A stretch of 64,000 nucleotides of DNA from Macrostomum lignano (GCA_002269645.1 NIVC01003313.1:40496-104495); one strand, 5' to 3'; counted from the first letter of the stretch, positions 32,257 to 44,457 are shown. Program-made: numbers and translations. Notes: generated from the letters alone by a model not told the origin.

Positions 32257-34189
32257 GGTTGAATACAGTTTGGCGACTAAGCGGGCTTCAGTGAATCAGT
32301 GATGCTTCTTGGAGGCAAAGATGGCAATCAACTTCCACGGGTTGTAATTATAGTGAGCGAGCTTAGATAGGGGCATAGATCTGCTGCCTCTCAGCCAATG
32401 GGAAATACTGGGATCTAGACAGACGGACCGATTCCGCGAGTCAAGAGCGACTGCTTTGTGCGTGATTCCTTGCTACACGGCGGTTCATTTGACTTCCTTG
32501 GCTTTGAATTCCACGCATCAGTGCCGTATTATTAGCCTGTTTATTCACTTCACATGTTCTGCTGCCGCCAGCATTGCCGATTTCATGGACCCTTTTTTCT
32601 AAATTATGCCTGTTTAACTTTGCAACGCCTCCCTTTGTCGTTTCTGGCGTTCAATACTATCTGTTTCAAAATGGCTACGATTTGGGATGGTTCGATCTTT
32701 CGATCTGGCGCCTTCATTTCAAAGCAGCATCATTGCAAAACATAGCAAGATACTATTGAAGAGTTCGGAAGCTGTTATGTGTTGCCTGCTGCACTTTTAT
32801 GGCAGCTAATAAACGAGTAGATGGATAATTCGAAGATCTGTCTGAAGCTAGCTATATATAGATCTTTCAGAGGATTTCAGGAAAACAGTCTCGCTGAAAC
32901 TTTCCCAGTTGACGTTTGCCCGCGCGAGGTATTCCGCAGACACGTTTGCCCCGCCGACCTTTGACGATCGTTTAAATACGAGTACAAGTAAATGGCTTAA
33001 CTTTTTACTCCAAAACACGGATGGTACTCGTAAAAAGACTTTTGCAATTTAAAACAGTTTCTACAATACCAAGCAAAAATGAATTAATTTACATATTTCA
33101 TACTGACATGTTATGACGTAAAGCTTTCGGAAAGGTAGCTAGCACCTTAAACTCAACTTTTATTCACCATAGCATAGTCAGGACCGAATGATTATTTGTA
33201 TATTTGTATTTGTATAAGATACAACGAAAAGTGTGCATCCGGAGAGAAAACATTGGCAGATACCCTTTATGGTTGAGTACTCGTATTTTCCAAATTAAAT
33301 GATTTTAGGGTCTTCCCTAAAATGTTACCTATTCACGATTAGAACTTTCTTTTCTCCTATTTTAGAAACTTCAGTCAAGTCTGTACGAACACAACTAAAA
33401 TAGAAGGACATTGCACTCGCACATCATAGACATTCCGTGGCGCATCAATTTTGGGGGCTTGCCTGCATAAATTGCCTACCTAGCCTAGGTTGTTGTCGAC
33501 CGATTCGGGCGATGTACGGGCTGGCGTATTAGACGTGCTTTTTTACATGCCGGTATTAGCTCAGGAAAATCTCACTTGATTGTGATGCAACCTGGGGAAT
33601 GATAGCTTACAGAACTATATTGCCCGAGGCACTGATACCAGGGTAGAATGGGATCAGCCCTCACCCTCCCAGGGGCACCTGCCCTAGATGGAGAATTGGT
33701 AGCTTGGGTTGTGGTCCGATAGCAAGGTCCCACTGTTCTAATCCCAGCTACATACGGCCAAGGAGTTTTGAAGGCAGGGACTGCTTAAAGTAATTCTGTC
33801 ACCAACCCTATTCTGGGCATCTGGATTTGAGATATAGAGGGAGTGTTCAAATGAACAATTTTTTGACTGCCGTCTGGCAAGCTATAGCGCTGTGATCGGA
33901 AACAATGAGGAATTGGCCTCTATTGCTTTAGGCTCTGTTCACAGGTTTTTTAATAATAATTACATTAGTCTGCGAGTACCATTTGCATACAGCTGCACGT
34001 ACATTGTTACACCTAAAATCTCCTTACGATCTGCCTACAGCTTCAGTTTTGTATCCCTGCAGCTGCAGCCCTAGCCTTCTCACTAGCCTGCATGCTTAAA
34101 AGATGCAAGACAAATGGGTTATGATTTTCACCTGACAAATTGCTCAGCTGCAGATGCTACTGCTCGCGAATGAATGATTGAATTACTGC

Positions 34190-34343
34190 AAACTGGGATC
34201 CGGATCCCGATGGTCAATCCCGGGATTTTCGAATCTCGGACAGTGTGATCCCGGGATTCTGGCCTAATCAAAATCCCAGGATTCAGAATCCTGGGATTTT
34301 GGTCTAATCCCGGGATTTGGGGATCCCGGTATTGTATTCTCTA
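34190..34343. mobile_element. Probable DNA-transposon (hAT-like) end remnant with clustered ATCCCGGGAT palindromes
   Basis: Several GGGATCCC/ATCCCGGGAT motifs in about 150 bp, ending in GTATTGTATTCTCTA. No partner end or TSD found. Confidence 0.4.
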
Positions 34344-35098
34344 CAACAAACCTTTAAATTTCATGCAAAAAATTGTCATATAGTGCGACTGGATGCTAAA
34401 AAATAAAGTTGAAGCAGAGAAAGAGTTAATTGGAAATTTTTCTAATAATTTTTAAAAGCTAAATTTACGATAAACTGAATACTCGTAACTGGTGTTTGAC
34501 AAATATCCGGTACGTGTTAAATTGAAAATTAATAATTTGCCCATTGTCGGCAGAAATTAATTTTGCAGATTTTTTCATCCAATTAAATAAATTAGTCCGC
34601 CTCAATCGGCTCTCTGTTATTTACTTTCACAGAGATGTGATGCAAAAAATTAATAAACTCAATTCAGTGCAGACTTAAATCAACTTGACAGTCACCGATT
34701 GTCATAGTTAGTATTGCAAGAAAATTCTGTGTACTATGAATACGAGTATTACAAGGTTCTGTTCTCAAAGTACATGTATACTCAATGTACCGCGTACGTG
34801 ACGATAATGCCTGCTCCGATACAGAGCAGCGCACACACGCCTGACCCTGGAACTGTACAATATCATTCCAAGTAAACTCGCCCGAGTTTATCACGCCGCT
34901 ACACAAGAAATCTGTGCCAAAGCTTGCAAAGGACCTTGGGAGTGTACGCTGGTGCATGTAATCTAAACGCCAGCGATGTCCTTAAGTGCACAGGTGGCTC
35001 AAAACGCATGAGGCCGCTTAAAGAGAGAGTCAGTTTTTCTTGCAGCATTGGTAAGACAACTTGCGATCGCCAGCTAATGACAACTTTCTCGAGTTGAT

Positions 35099-36121
35099 AT
35101 GTCGGTCAGAATAACAAAAAAATTATCGAGCACTCGACGCAAAGCGCTCCTCGCTGTAGTGTTGATTTCTTCACTAATTTTCCTTTTAACCCTGACTGGA
35201 AATCCCTACGTCGCGTTGAGTCGCTACCTGTTTGAAGCCAAGTCGACGCTCGGACAGCACAGCAGCCGGACAGTGTTCAGTTACGGCAGCGACCAGGTGA
35301 TATTTGAGCACGGTCGGCACCAGCTCTACGCCGATCGAGTCAACCAACTAAGCGACGCCAGCGTGTCAATTATCTATCGCAGTGGAGCCTCGCTGCAGGT
35401 CACGGCTAACTGTAGCAGAACTGTTCACCTGGGGGAATCGACAAATTCATCCTGGATGCTTTGCACTGCTGGAACATTCAAACCGCAGCCACCATGTTTC
35501 GCGATATCTTTTGACATCAACGAACAGTGGAGTATTGAGGCTAGCGAGTTAGCTATCAGGTTCGGCTGTCAAGCTCTTGTGTTCGATCCAACAATAGCGC
35601 AGACGGAAAAATCTCGCGTCAACAACAGAGTATTCTACCTAAGAGAAGGTTTGAAACAATCAAAAACGACGGTTTCCAGGCCAAAAGACGCATACCTTGG
35701 TCATTTAAAGCGACTCGGAGCGGAAAATCTCGTCATCGATGTGCTCGAAGTGAACCTTGGCGTCTCCGGCTGGGAAGCTGTCGACGAAGCCATCGCAGAC
35801 GAATCGGTGCGGAATGTCAAGCAGTTACTCCTAGCAGTTCCAATCGGCCAGAATGTCTCAGTTGAGATGATGCGAGGCGAAATGGGAGTGATTTCTAGGC
35901 TCGACCAGGTTGGATTTCAATTGTGGCACTACAGACAGAGAACCTTGAGATCCAGCGATGGCAAACTTAATCTACTTTGCCAATTTCATTTTATCAATAA
36001 AAATTTCGCTGCAAACGATGTTCGAGCCCGAAATTCAGATGCTGGATTGAACAAAGTTCGAGACTCGCTACGTCAGTTGACTCGTACGGTTAGAAAGCTC
36101 GTAAATAAGCCGAACGCTTAG
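35099..36121 (+). CDS. METTL24/FkbM-like (Methyltransf_22) type II membrane protein, intronless, 340 aa
   Basis: N-terminal TM anchor followed by W.LC......PC..ISF.IN.QWS.E......GC....FDPT, IDVL and VKQL motifs typical of the family. Confidence 0.75.
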   Translation: MSVRITKKLSSTRRKALLAVVLISSLIFLLTLTGNPYVALSRYLFEAKSTLGQHSSRTVFSYGSDQVIFEHGRHQLYADRVNQLSDASVSIIYRSGASLQVTANCSRTVHLGESTNSSWMLCTAGTFKPQPPCFAISFDINEQWSIEASELAIRFGCQALVFDPTIAQTEKSRVNNRVFYLREGLKQSKTTVSRPKDAYLGHLKRLGAENLVIDVLEVNLGVSGWEAVDEAIADESVRNVKQLLLAVPIGQNVSVEMMRGEMGVISRLDQVGFQLWHYRQRTLRSSDGKLNLLCQFHFINKNFAANDVRARNSDAGLNKVRDSLRQLTRTVRKLVNKPNA

Positions 36122-37634
36122 ACTTTCGTGCGTCTCTTGAAGAGCGAATGTAGGAATTGTGCGTGGGCAGCGAATGTTTTAACCGTAAACATTTTTTTGC
36201 TTTCATATTTGAGCAAAGATACGAGAGTAGGTTGCAAAAGGCTTCGTGTTTAAAGACGGTGTTTTTCAGGATACGTGCTGTTGTCAAGACTGCAAATATC
36301 AATAGATTTCAGGCGCACTCTGATTAAGATGAGACGTCATGAGTAATACGCTCGTAATAAACATGATGGCGCTACAGTTCATGAAGTACAGTCTGTTTGT
36401 GTGGATGCCACATAGCAGCCTTTGCAAAAAGTCCTTGAACCCAGATATTATATGTATACGTGATAAATACTGCAGTGAGCCGGTCGATCAGCAAAGAGTT
36501 TGATAATATTATATACGCTCGTACTGGGAGAGAGAATTTTGTGTGTAAGGGCCAAAGTTTTCTGCTTGCTTTCCGCTTGGTTTCTTATTGTACTACCGAT
36601 ATGTTCTATAATTGAAACAATTTTTAATCAACACACCTGTTAGAGCGCTCATGTAACAGCTAGATTGGCGGTTTGGATAGCTACATAGCGACAATTGCGG
36701 AACAACTTCACCAATCACAAACGCCCGGAAATCTGCTAGTTTTTTGCATTGAATTGACTACTATTGAGGGAGTTTCGAAGGCAGCAAATTTGCTTTCTAG
36801 AATTTTGGCTGTCAGGCCCTATAGTTACCGACGGAAAAACCAGACAGTGTTGTTTACTTACGGGAGGGCCTGCGTCCGTCGAATGCAAAAAGGCCTAGGT
36901 TTTCAGAGACCCATCTAGGTCACTCAAAGCGACCAGCGCTTGCTTATCGAAGTTCTGGAAGTGAGCATCGGAATCTCCGGGAGGCTGTCGAACTCGCCGC
37001 GGCTACCGGGTCGATATGGAAAGTCAAGCAGCCTATAGTGTCGGTCCCAAACTACGATAGCTTTGTCGATTTGATGATGAAGTATGAATCGAATTGGATT
37101 CCGACTTGGATTCCGAAAATTTTCAGCTTTGGGAGCTTCCCTTTACTCGTATCAGTAATTAGCTCGTACTTTCTGCTCGGCACTGAAGCGTTAGTGAGTC
37201 GGGTACAAGCTATTAATATAGTACAGATTCCTGTCTCAGTTGAAAGGAAACAATTTTTGAGCATCAGTGCAAGAGACTTCACACAGCAACAGCCGAAACA
37301 TGCGTACTATCAGAAGCAGCCTCAGTTTCACTGTCGCTACAACAGAAGAACTGACGGCTCAGACGGATGGCGGATGGGACTTGTGCTTCAGCGAATCTTT
37401 CAGCACCGGGCACCGTCCGAGCAGTGCGTTGCTTTCTCTGTTGGTTTCGGGTTTATTTTTTATTACGATGATCAACTGGTTAAAGAGTTCCGCTGTCTAG
37501 TGTACATACTCGATTGTAGCATGGAAATTGCTGACCATCAAAGGCTTACAACGTCTCGGTTTTTCAACGTTGGCCTTTCGTCGGCGAACACGATTGCCAA
37601 AAATGGCTGGAAGATGTGATCGCTCTGCTCGCTA

Positions 37635-38040
37635 ATGGAGGATTTCGGCTACGGCGACAACGGGATCGAGGGGCCGAGACCGAGAGAGGAGCCGGAACCT
37701 AGTCCCGCCGCTGTGACCGGGCCTGACATCGAGCGCGAGATCCTAGAGACCGAAAGACGAATCCAACTTCTCAAGCTGCAGCGGGAAGAGCGGCAACTCC
37801 GTAAGGAACTCGGAATGGACAACCAAGCCACCCAAGGTTCCACTCCAGCACTTCAGCCGGATCAGAGTAATCCACTCAATTTTTGGAGGGCGGGGATAGC
37901 AACCACACAGCTTCAGCACCGACAACAGAGTCTGGCCCTTTGCTGGTGGCGAACTTTCTACAGCCTCACCTACCTAACGAAAGTAGAATTGCGAAGGACA
38001 AAGGTTATGTCGTCATGGCTGTTGGCGCACCGATTCATGC
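37635..38040 (+). other. Frameshifted coiled-coil ORF fragment, possibly a retroelement ORF1/gag remnant
   Basis: ATG-initiated ORF (EREILETERRIQLLKLQREERQLRKEL) continuing in another frame and cut off by the RTE fragment. No diagnostic motif. Confidence 0.3.
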
Positions 38041-39900
38041 GCCAGCTTCCGCCATCACTGTCTGTCCTTGGCTGCTCTTCTTAGCCTCTCCATTGTCCAT
38101 CCGGTCCATTATTTCAAATCATCTTCCCACTGCCACTTCGGTCTTCCTCTTCTTCTTTCACCTTTATTTTCTCCTTGAGTACAGATAGTTGCTATGGCTC
38201 CTTTTCCTCGTCCTCGACCTCGTCCTCGTCTCGTTTGAGCTTTCTCCGCTTGATGATCGCCTCTATAGATTCTGGGTCCTTGCCTAAAATCTCCTTAACT
38301 TTTCTCCAAACACAGGCACTTGTCTTTTTCTCTTTCCATTAAACCCTTAGCATTCTTCTGTAACATTTCATTTCAAACGTTTTGAATTTCTTCATACTTT
38401 TCTTCCCGAGAGTCCAGCTCTTGCACTCAGAGAGCAGCGTCGCCCACGTGACCGCCTTTGTTATCTTGAGGAGATTCTTCAAACCGACTCTTGAGCCACC
38501 AAAGCTCATGAAGCCTTATCATTGAGCTGGTTGCGACGCCAATTCGGATTCTGATGTCTTCCTCCGAGGTCCCATTCTCCATGACGGCTGCCCCAGATAT
38601 TTAAATTTCTTCACCTGTTCCAGTTCTTCTCCATCAATCACAATCCCTAGCCTGACTTTGTCCTCACCCATTCCCTGTCACCATGCATTGTCTTGTTCTT
38701 TTCTTTGCTGACTTCCATGCCAATTTTCTTCAGATTCTGTCCAGCTTGGTTGTCATTTCTTGCAATTCTTATTCATCTTTGCCAATCAAATCGTGATGTC
38801 GTCTGCAAACCGCAAGTTGTTGAGTTGTTGATGCTCATGCCGATCCGCAGCTGATTCCGAGCTCATGCAGTTCCTCAATGAAATTTCTGTCATTATCCGT
38901 CTCAGGAATAGATTGAAGAGAGTAGGTAATGGGATACATAATCCTTGTCTTACTCCCACCGTTGCCCTAACTGCACTGGTCGCCTGCCATAACTTTTGGT
39001 CTTAGCTTCTTCAAACAGTCGCCTAATTATACTCTCTTGTGATGTCTTCTCCAATGTTGCATTTTTCATTGTGCGTGTACAAAGTCGTTTTTGAAGTCTA
39101 TGAAATTGTAACAGATTATCTTTTTGCTGATTTCTAGCCTTTTCACACAAGTCGCAAGACAGTAATTTGCTCTGTAGTGCTCCGGTCCTTTCTGAAACCT
39201 GCCTGCATCTCGCTGAGCACCTGCTTTACTCTCGGTGTTATTCTTCTTAAGATCATTTTTAGCATTACTTTTGACGCATGCTTGATGAGGCCGATTGTCC
39301 TAGTCGCTACATTTCTTGCTGTTGGCTTCTTTGGCACAGGTATGAAGATGGATTCGGTCCACTGTGATGGCCATTCTCCATATTTGAGAATTTTGTTGCA
39401 GAGCCTATGCATAGAGTCACTGTGTCGTCACCTTCACTTTGAATCAATTCTGCGGTTTTCAACATCCCAACGCCCGTCGCAGCGTTGATGTTGTCCGCTC
39501 CTGCACTCTTGTTTTTCTTCAGACTTTTTATTGCAGCCTCTACCTCTGAGCTCAGAAACTCACACTTCGGGTTTTCTACCTCTCCATCTCACTCAATGTC
39601 TCCCCCCCACCACGCTTCTGTCCACGTTCGTTTTGTGGTTATACAGTTCGCTGCAGTATTCTTCCATCTTTGCACCATCTCTTGGCTTCTTCACAAGGGA
39701 GGTCTTCCCTTCCCTACAGTATTCTAAAGTATTTATTTGTTTTTGCGGCATTCCGTCAGGTTCTCGATTATTTTAAGCCTTCTCTCGTGTTGTTACTTCT
39801 TCGCTTTTCTCAGTTGCCTTTGCACTTTCTTGTTTTATTTTCTGTACTCGTGCATCTGCTTCTCTCCCTCATGTTTTTTGCTTCGTAGCTCGATCACGTC
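38030..39900 (-). mobile_element. Degenerate RTE-type LINE, reverse-transcriptase and 3' region
   Basis: Minus-strand motifs QAGFRKDRSTTEQI, VGVRQGC, NNLRFADDI, EQVKKFKYLG and FEMKCYRRML, broken by stops and frameshifts. Confidence 0.88.
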
Positions 39901-40137
39901 GCCCGTCGCAGCTTATCGAGGACCTCTTTGGTGATACATGGCTTTCTGATTTTTCGGCGCTTCCCCAAAAAAATAGAAGTTTATTTGTTGCTTCCGTTAT
40001 CCCAATTGTAAGTTCGTCACAGACTTTGTGGCTGCTGCTGGTCTTCTGCGAGTAGTAGCAGAGGCGCAAATCTCGATGCATCGCGGCGATGACCTACAAA
40101 GCATCGGTTTCTTTAGAGTGATGCTTTAATCTATAAC

Positions 40138-40347
40138 TTAGCACACTACAAAAACAACTGAACTCTGACCTGTTACAGCCTTGATTTCATCCATAGAGTG
40201 TCCGCTGTCAGCCAAGTTCGTTACGGTCGTAGCTCTTACGCAATGATTAGTATAGACACGACTGAGTCCAGCACGTTCAGATACCTTTTTTATCATATCG
40301 TTAAGCGTGTTCAAGCTGTTCAAGTCCGGAAATATCTCCAGTCGCAA
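40138..40347 (-). mobile_element. Crypton-type tyrosine-recombinase C-terminal fragment
   Basis: NTLNDMIKKVSERAGLSRVYTNHCVRATTVTNL..G....I..VTG matches the HxxR box of Crypton/DUF3504 recombinases. Confidence 0.7.
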
Positions 40348-40452
40348 TTCTTGACAAATTGATCATTTTTCTCTAGCTCAGCAGGTTGACAAAAAAGGAA
40401 GTTAAATTCAGAATGAAAAGAATTCTGATATCCACTACTTAACTGTAGTCAG

Positions 40453-40870
40453 ACTCTGGTTGATTTTATCTATGGTTAAAATGTGGGGGCGAAGCCCCCC
40501 ATCCCAGTTTTTGCACTCAGCCACAACAACAACAACACAACAAAATACGCTGTCAGGATGGCAAAAGTCTGCGTCACAGGGCGCGCTTCATGGCTTGGGC
40601 GCGAACAAAGGCCGCGCCACCGGCAGTGTCTGGGGCGCCGGCGTCAGCCAGCAGACAGTCGACGTAACGCCGAGTTCGCGCTTGACCTCGCCGGTAGGGT
40701 GCCTGCAGCGTGAGCAGCAGCACCTCCTGCACCGGCTGTGGGCAGTACGACTCGGCGCGGATGAGCTGGCCTGCTTAATTTATTTGCACCTCGGTGCAGA
40801 TAAATGCCGCTACCTCCTCGTGGTCAGAGCGGAGAGCCGCGCTTAACTGCTGCGGCGGCCAAATGCGGCA
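40453..40870 (+). ncRNA. Candidate HDV-like self-cleaving ribozyme in the LINE 5' UTR
   Basis: P2 UGCCGC/GCGGCA (40805-10/40865-70); P3 ACC/GGU around L3 UCCUCGU; P1 3' CAGAGC; P1.1 CC/GG; P4 GCCGC/GCGGC; J4/2 GGCCAAA; candidate P1 5' ACUCUG at 40453-58. Confidence 0.65.
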
Positions 40871-41905
40871 GGACCAAGCGAGGGCAGCGGAGCGCCCGTC
40901 GGCGTGTTGAGCGTCGGCGTGAGCGGAACCGACGAGGCCGGCTGCGTGGCGCCGCCCGTCGAGCTGCCGCGCGGGTCCACTCGGATCCTCCGGGTGGCGC
41001 CGGGGACCGTGAGGCTCAACTGCATCGAGCCCCAGCCGTACAACAGGGCATGCTTCGGGTCGGGACGCTGAACTGCCGCACTCTCAAGGCTGCTTGGCGT
41101 AGAGGGGTGCTGGCGAAGCTAGCGTACGACCTGAGCTGCGACATCATTTCGCTACAGGAGGTGTCTATCAAGGCCGACCCGGGACTTCATTGTGAGGACT
41201 TGGGCGCCGGGTGGACCCTCTACCATACTTCTGCGGACCAGCGAGGCCGTGGAGGAGTTGGAGCGCTGATCGGGCCGAGGCTGCAGCAGAGCTGTCGCTG
41301 CGTCTCCCTGTCCCCCCGGTTGCTTCGGATCGACGTCTGGCTTCGCGGTCGGAATGCTCGCCAGTTCTGCGCGTACTCGCCCCCTGCCACACGCCCTGAC
41401 GAGGCTCAAGAGTTTTTCAAGCAGCTCTCAGCGCAGGTAGAGGCGACGGCGCAGCGTGACACAGCGGTCGTCCTCGGAGACCTGAACGCAGTCCTGCGTA
41501 GGTCCGAGAGGTCGCTGTTCGTGACGCCACGCGGGAACAACAACACCGAGGCATTGGAGGACTTTCTGGAGAGGCAGGACATGGTGTCGGTTAACAACCG
41601 CTTCCGCAAGCCACTGAGCGGTCTCGCAACCTTCGTGGGCTGCAAGCGGAGGCGACGGAACGCGCGTGGCAGGAACGCAACCCGGAGACAAGCACAGCTC
41701 GATCACGTGCTCGTGCGTTTCCGTGAGCGTCGTCGCGCCGTCAACTGCCGCACCATCACGCCGCTGGCTCTGCGGTCCGATCACCTGCTCCTCATCTGCG
41801 ACCTCAACCTTCGCGATCCGCTCTACCGTCCGCCGAAGCGGCCACCGCGGCGCTACTACCGCGCGCTCAGAGCCACCGATACGCAGCGTCGCTTTGCTAG
41901 CGCCT
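40453..41905 (+). mobile_element. 5' part of a GC-rich LINE: 5' UTR plus APE endonuclease domain, truncated before RT
   Basis: MLRVGTLNCRTL (ATG about 41049), IISLQEV, VVLGDLNA, ATF, QLDHVLV and SDHLL are APE motifs. Similarity ends near 41905. Confidence 0.85.
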
Positions 41906-42266
41906 TAAAGTCAGCCACGCTGCGGGCAGAAACAACGATTCGGCCCGGGATTATAGTCTATGGTAAAGATGGTGTATCGAAAACTGCATACTTTGCTTAG
42001 CCCTGCATCTAGGAGCGGGCTGAAATGAAGTGATGCGGCCCGCGAAGTATGACACAATAGAAATATGTCTATGCTTTCTTGGGCCCTAGGAAGCATAGAC
42101 ATATCTATATATTATAGAGCATGGTGTGAGCCTTATATTGCCCGCTATTCAAAGCAGTTAGTCAAGTTGTGGGCTTTATTTTTCAGCCATTTGTCTATGG
42201 GACATACTCGTACTGCTCTATATGAGATAAAGTACGCTATTTTCCGGGCACTATTTACTTAGCGCA

Positions 42267-44457
42267 CTGGGGGGGGGGTTCTCGAAAACAACTTAGGAAA
42301 GACCATAGACGTAAGTTGCCTAAACCAGACTTGGGGTTTGCTGGAAACGAGCGCAAAATCCCGTCTCTTAGGATCCATCTTACGATTAAGTTCTTAAGTC
42401 TTAGCTTCTTAAGTCTATGGCCCATCCTACGATTGATCCTATGTCTAAGAGTGTCTAAGAATTCTTATGTCTAAGAATAATATAACTGGATCGCCAGAAG
42501 CTCGATTTTTTTGGTCCTAGCCATAGACAAGCACAAGCATCACAAGAAGCTCAGAATGCTGTACTTTCACACATAGACAAATAGCCGCTGCAGAAGCTGC
42601 AAACCTTTATTTATAAGTATTCTATTTTATGTCCAAGCACATACTCGCAATATATGCAGGGCTGCAAAAGATGGCTTCGCGAGATGAATAAGGACGTCAG
42701 AATTTGTGCTGCAATCGGATGTCCATCCAAAAGTGGACAAGGCACGAAACCTGTCACTTTTTTTCTTATCCGTCGGGCACTGGTCCCTCTCGACACAGAT
42801 TTCACCTCCGCCTGGACTCTCCATCTCTGCTTCTGCCAGTGTACAAGATGAAATCGAAGATCCACCGCAATTAGCACTCAGCCTAATTAGCCAGAATGTC
42901 GGCTGCTACATCGCTGGATTCATTGGCAGATGGCTTACAAACAGACTGTCTTGCGAAAACTGCAAGGCATCTCTTCATTGCGAGATGCACACCAACCTGC
43001 TTACTACTCTCAAAGATCGCGGTCGTCTTTTTCGACCATCAGCATCACTTTGCCGACTGGTGAACATTTGCGAGTCGGCTGTGAAAGGAGTCAGAACTGA
43101 CGAACTGTCTCTAGACATACTCGATCGTCTACTTCCAATCTGCATCCAACAGGGTATCGAGTTGTCACTCTTCGCTCACGTTTGCAGCAATGGAGCACCC
43201 GAAGAAAACTATCAATATTTTCTAGTGCAGGCGATTTCTAAGAAATATCTTTGCATTAGGTTGCGGCATGTACTTTGGAGACTTAACGCTGTGAACACAA
43301 CAACTGTGCGTCAGATGCAAACAAAAAAATTATTTTCATGGGTCAGTGACTTCAAATTAGCATTGTGCTGGTGACGCCTTGAATTTATTGTCTTTACTTG
43401 ACTCTCATTTGTCTTGCGCGGTTTGCTTGCAACTCATTAGGCTGTTTGTTTTCGCCTTTTATTATTTGTTTGTTTGCTGTCTGTCTACGTGCTTGTTTGC
43501 TTACTTGCCTACTTTCGTGTCTGTTTTGTATTAATTCCATTACATATTCGTTTTTTTCTTTGCTTGCCTTCACATTTGCAATATTTTCACTTATCCTACT
43601 AAGTATACTTATAAATAAAGGTTTGCAGCTTCTGCAGCGGCTATTTGTATGTGTGAAAGTACGGCATTCTGAGCTTCTTGTGATACTGGTGCTTGTCTAT
43701 GGCTAGGACAAAAAAATCGAGCTTCTGGCGATCCAGTTATATTATTCATCCATGGGTCGGTACCGCTCGTAAGCTGTCTTTTCTTTACAAGCAAGGCTTG
43801 ATATTCTTTTTCTTCTGATTTTTGCATGCGCTTTTTGCTTTCTGTTTTCAAAGTTTAACCAAATGGCGTCTGCTTCCGTTAAACGAGCTCCAAATTTCTA
43901 AACTGCTGAAAAGGAGGAACTGTTAGATGGCTTCAACAAGTATTTGAGCGTCATCAATTCGAAAGATCAGAAAGCCGAAATGCAGAAACAAAAAAATCAT
44001 GCTGGGACACCAGCATGATTTTCACGCGGAGCGCGTGAAGGCCGTCGGAGGGAACAGGCGGACCGGGAACGAATTTAAAAAAGAAATGGTGCGACCTCAA
44101 GTCTTGATGTCAAGATGAAACTCGTCGCGCAGAAGAAGGACGTCTCAGAAGCAATCTAACGACTTCCATCCTTGCACTCTTGCAAAACACGTCAGTTTTG
44201 ATAGTGTTTAGTGTGTTATGTATGTGAAATGTCTATCACCCTAAAAAATCAGGGTCTCTTTGACATCGAAGCCATGTCACGATTTCAGCCATAGACAGCT
44301 CTTTTCGCTTCTGCTCAACTTACGCACAGCACAGCCTAAGTTGCGCAAAAGAAAAGATGGCCTCGGGAAACGTTCTTACGAACACACTTAGGGTCTGCGC
44401 AAATTCCGGAGGGGATCTTACCATAGATCTTATGACACTTTCGAGAAACCCCCTCTG
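42267..44457. mobile_element. PIF/Harbinger-like element remnant carrying a Myb/SANT-like gene fragment (43862-44130)
   Basis: Inverted ends GGGGG(T)TTCTCGAAA at 42267-42287 and 44439-44457. The broken ORF MASASVKRAPNF..AEKEELL...GGNRRTGNEFKKKWCDLK is of the Harbinger-associated Myb/SANT type. Confidence 0.6.
42475..43747 (+). mobile_element. Internally deleted P-element/THAP9-like derivative between ~145-bp inverted repeats
   Basis: Near-identical inverted arms 42475-42620 and 43605-43747. Inside, a THAP start (CAAIGCPS...VTFF) and the transposase C-terminus (YIAGFI.R.L....C..C...DRG.L..PS...YL.IRL.H); the catalytic core is absent. Confidence 0.75.

Noticed and set aside
36673-37619. ORFs 36673-36918 and 37038-37619 as genes
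   Set aside because: Non-ATG starts, no motif or splice structure; probably decayed transposon sequence.
38030-41905. RT (minus) and endonuclease (plus) fragments as halves of one rearranged LINE
   Set aside because: Very different GC content and decay level, opposite strands, and a Crypton fragment in between.
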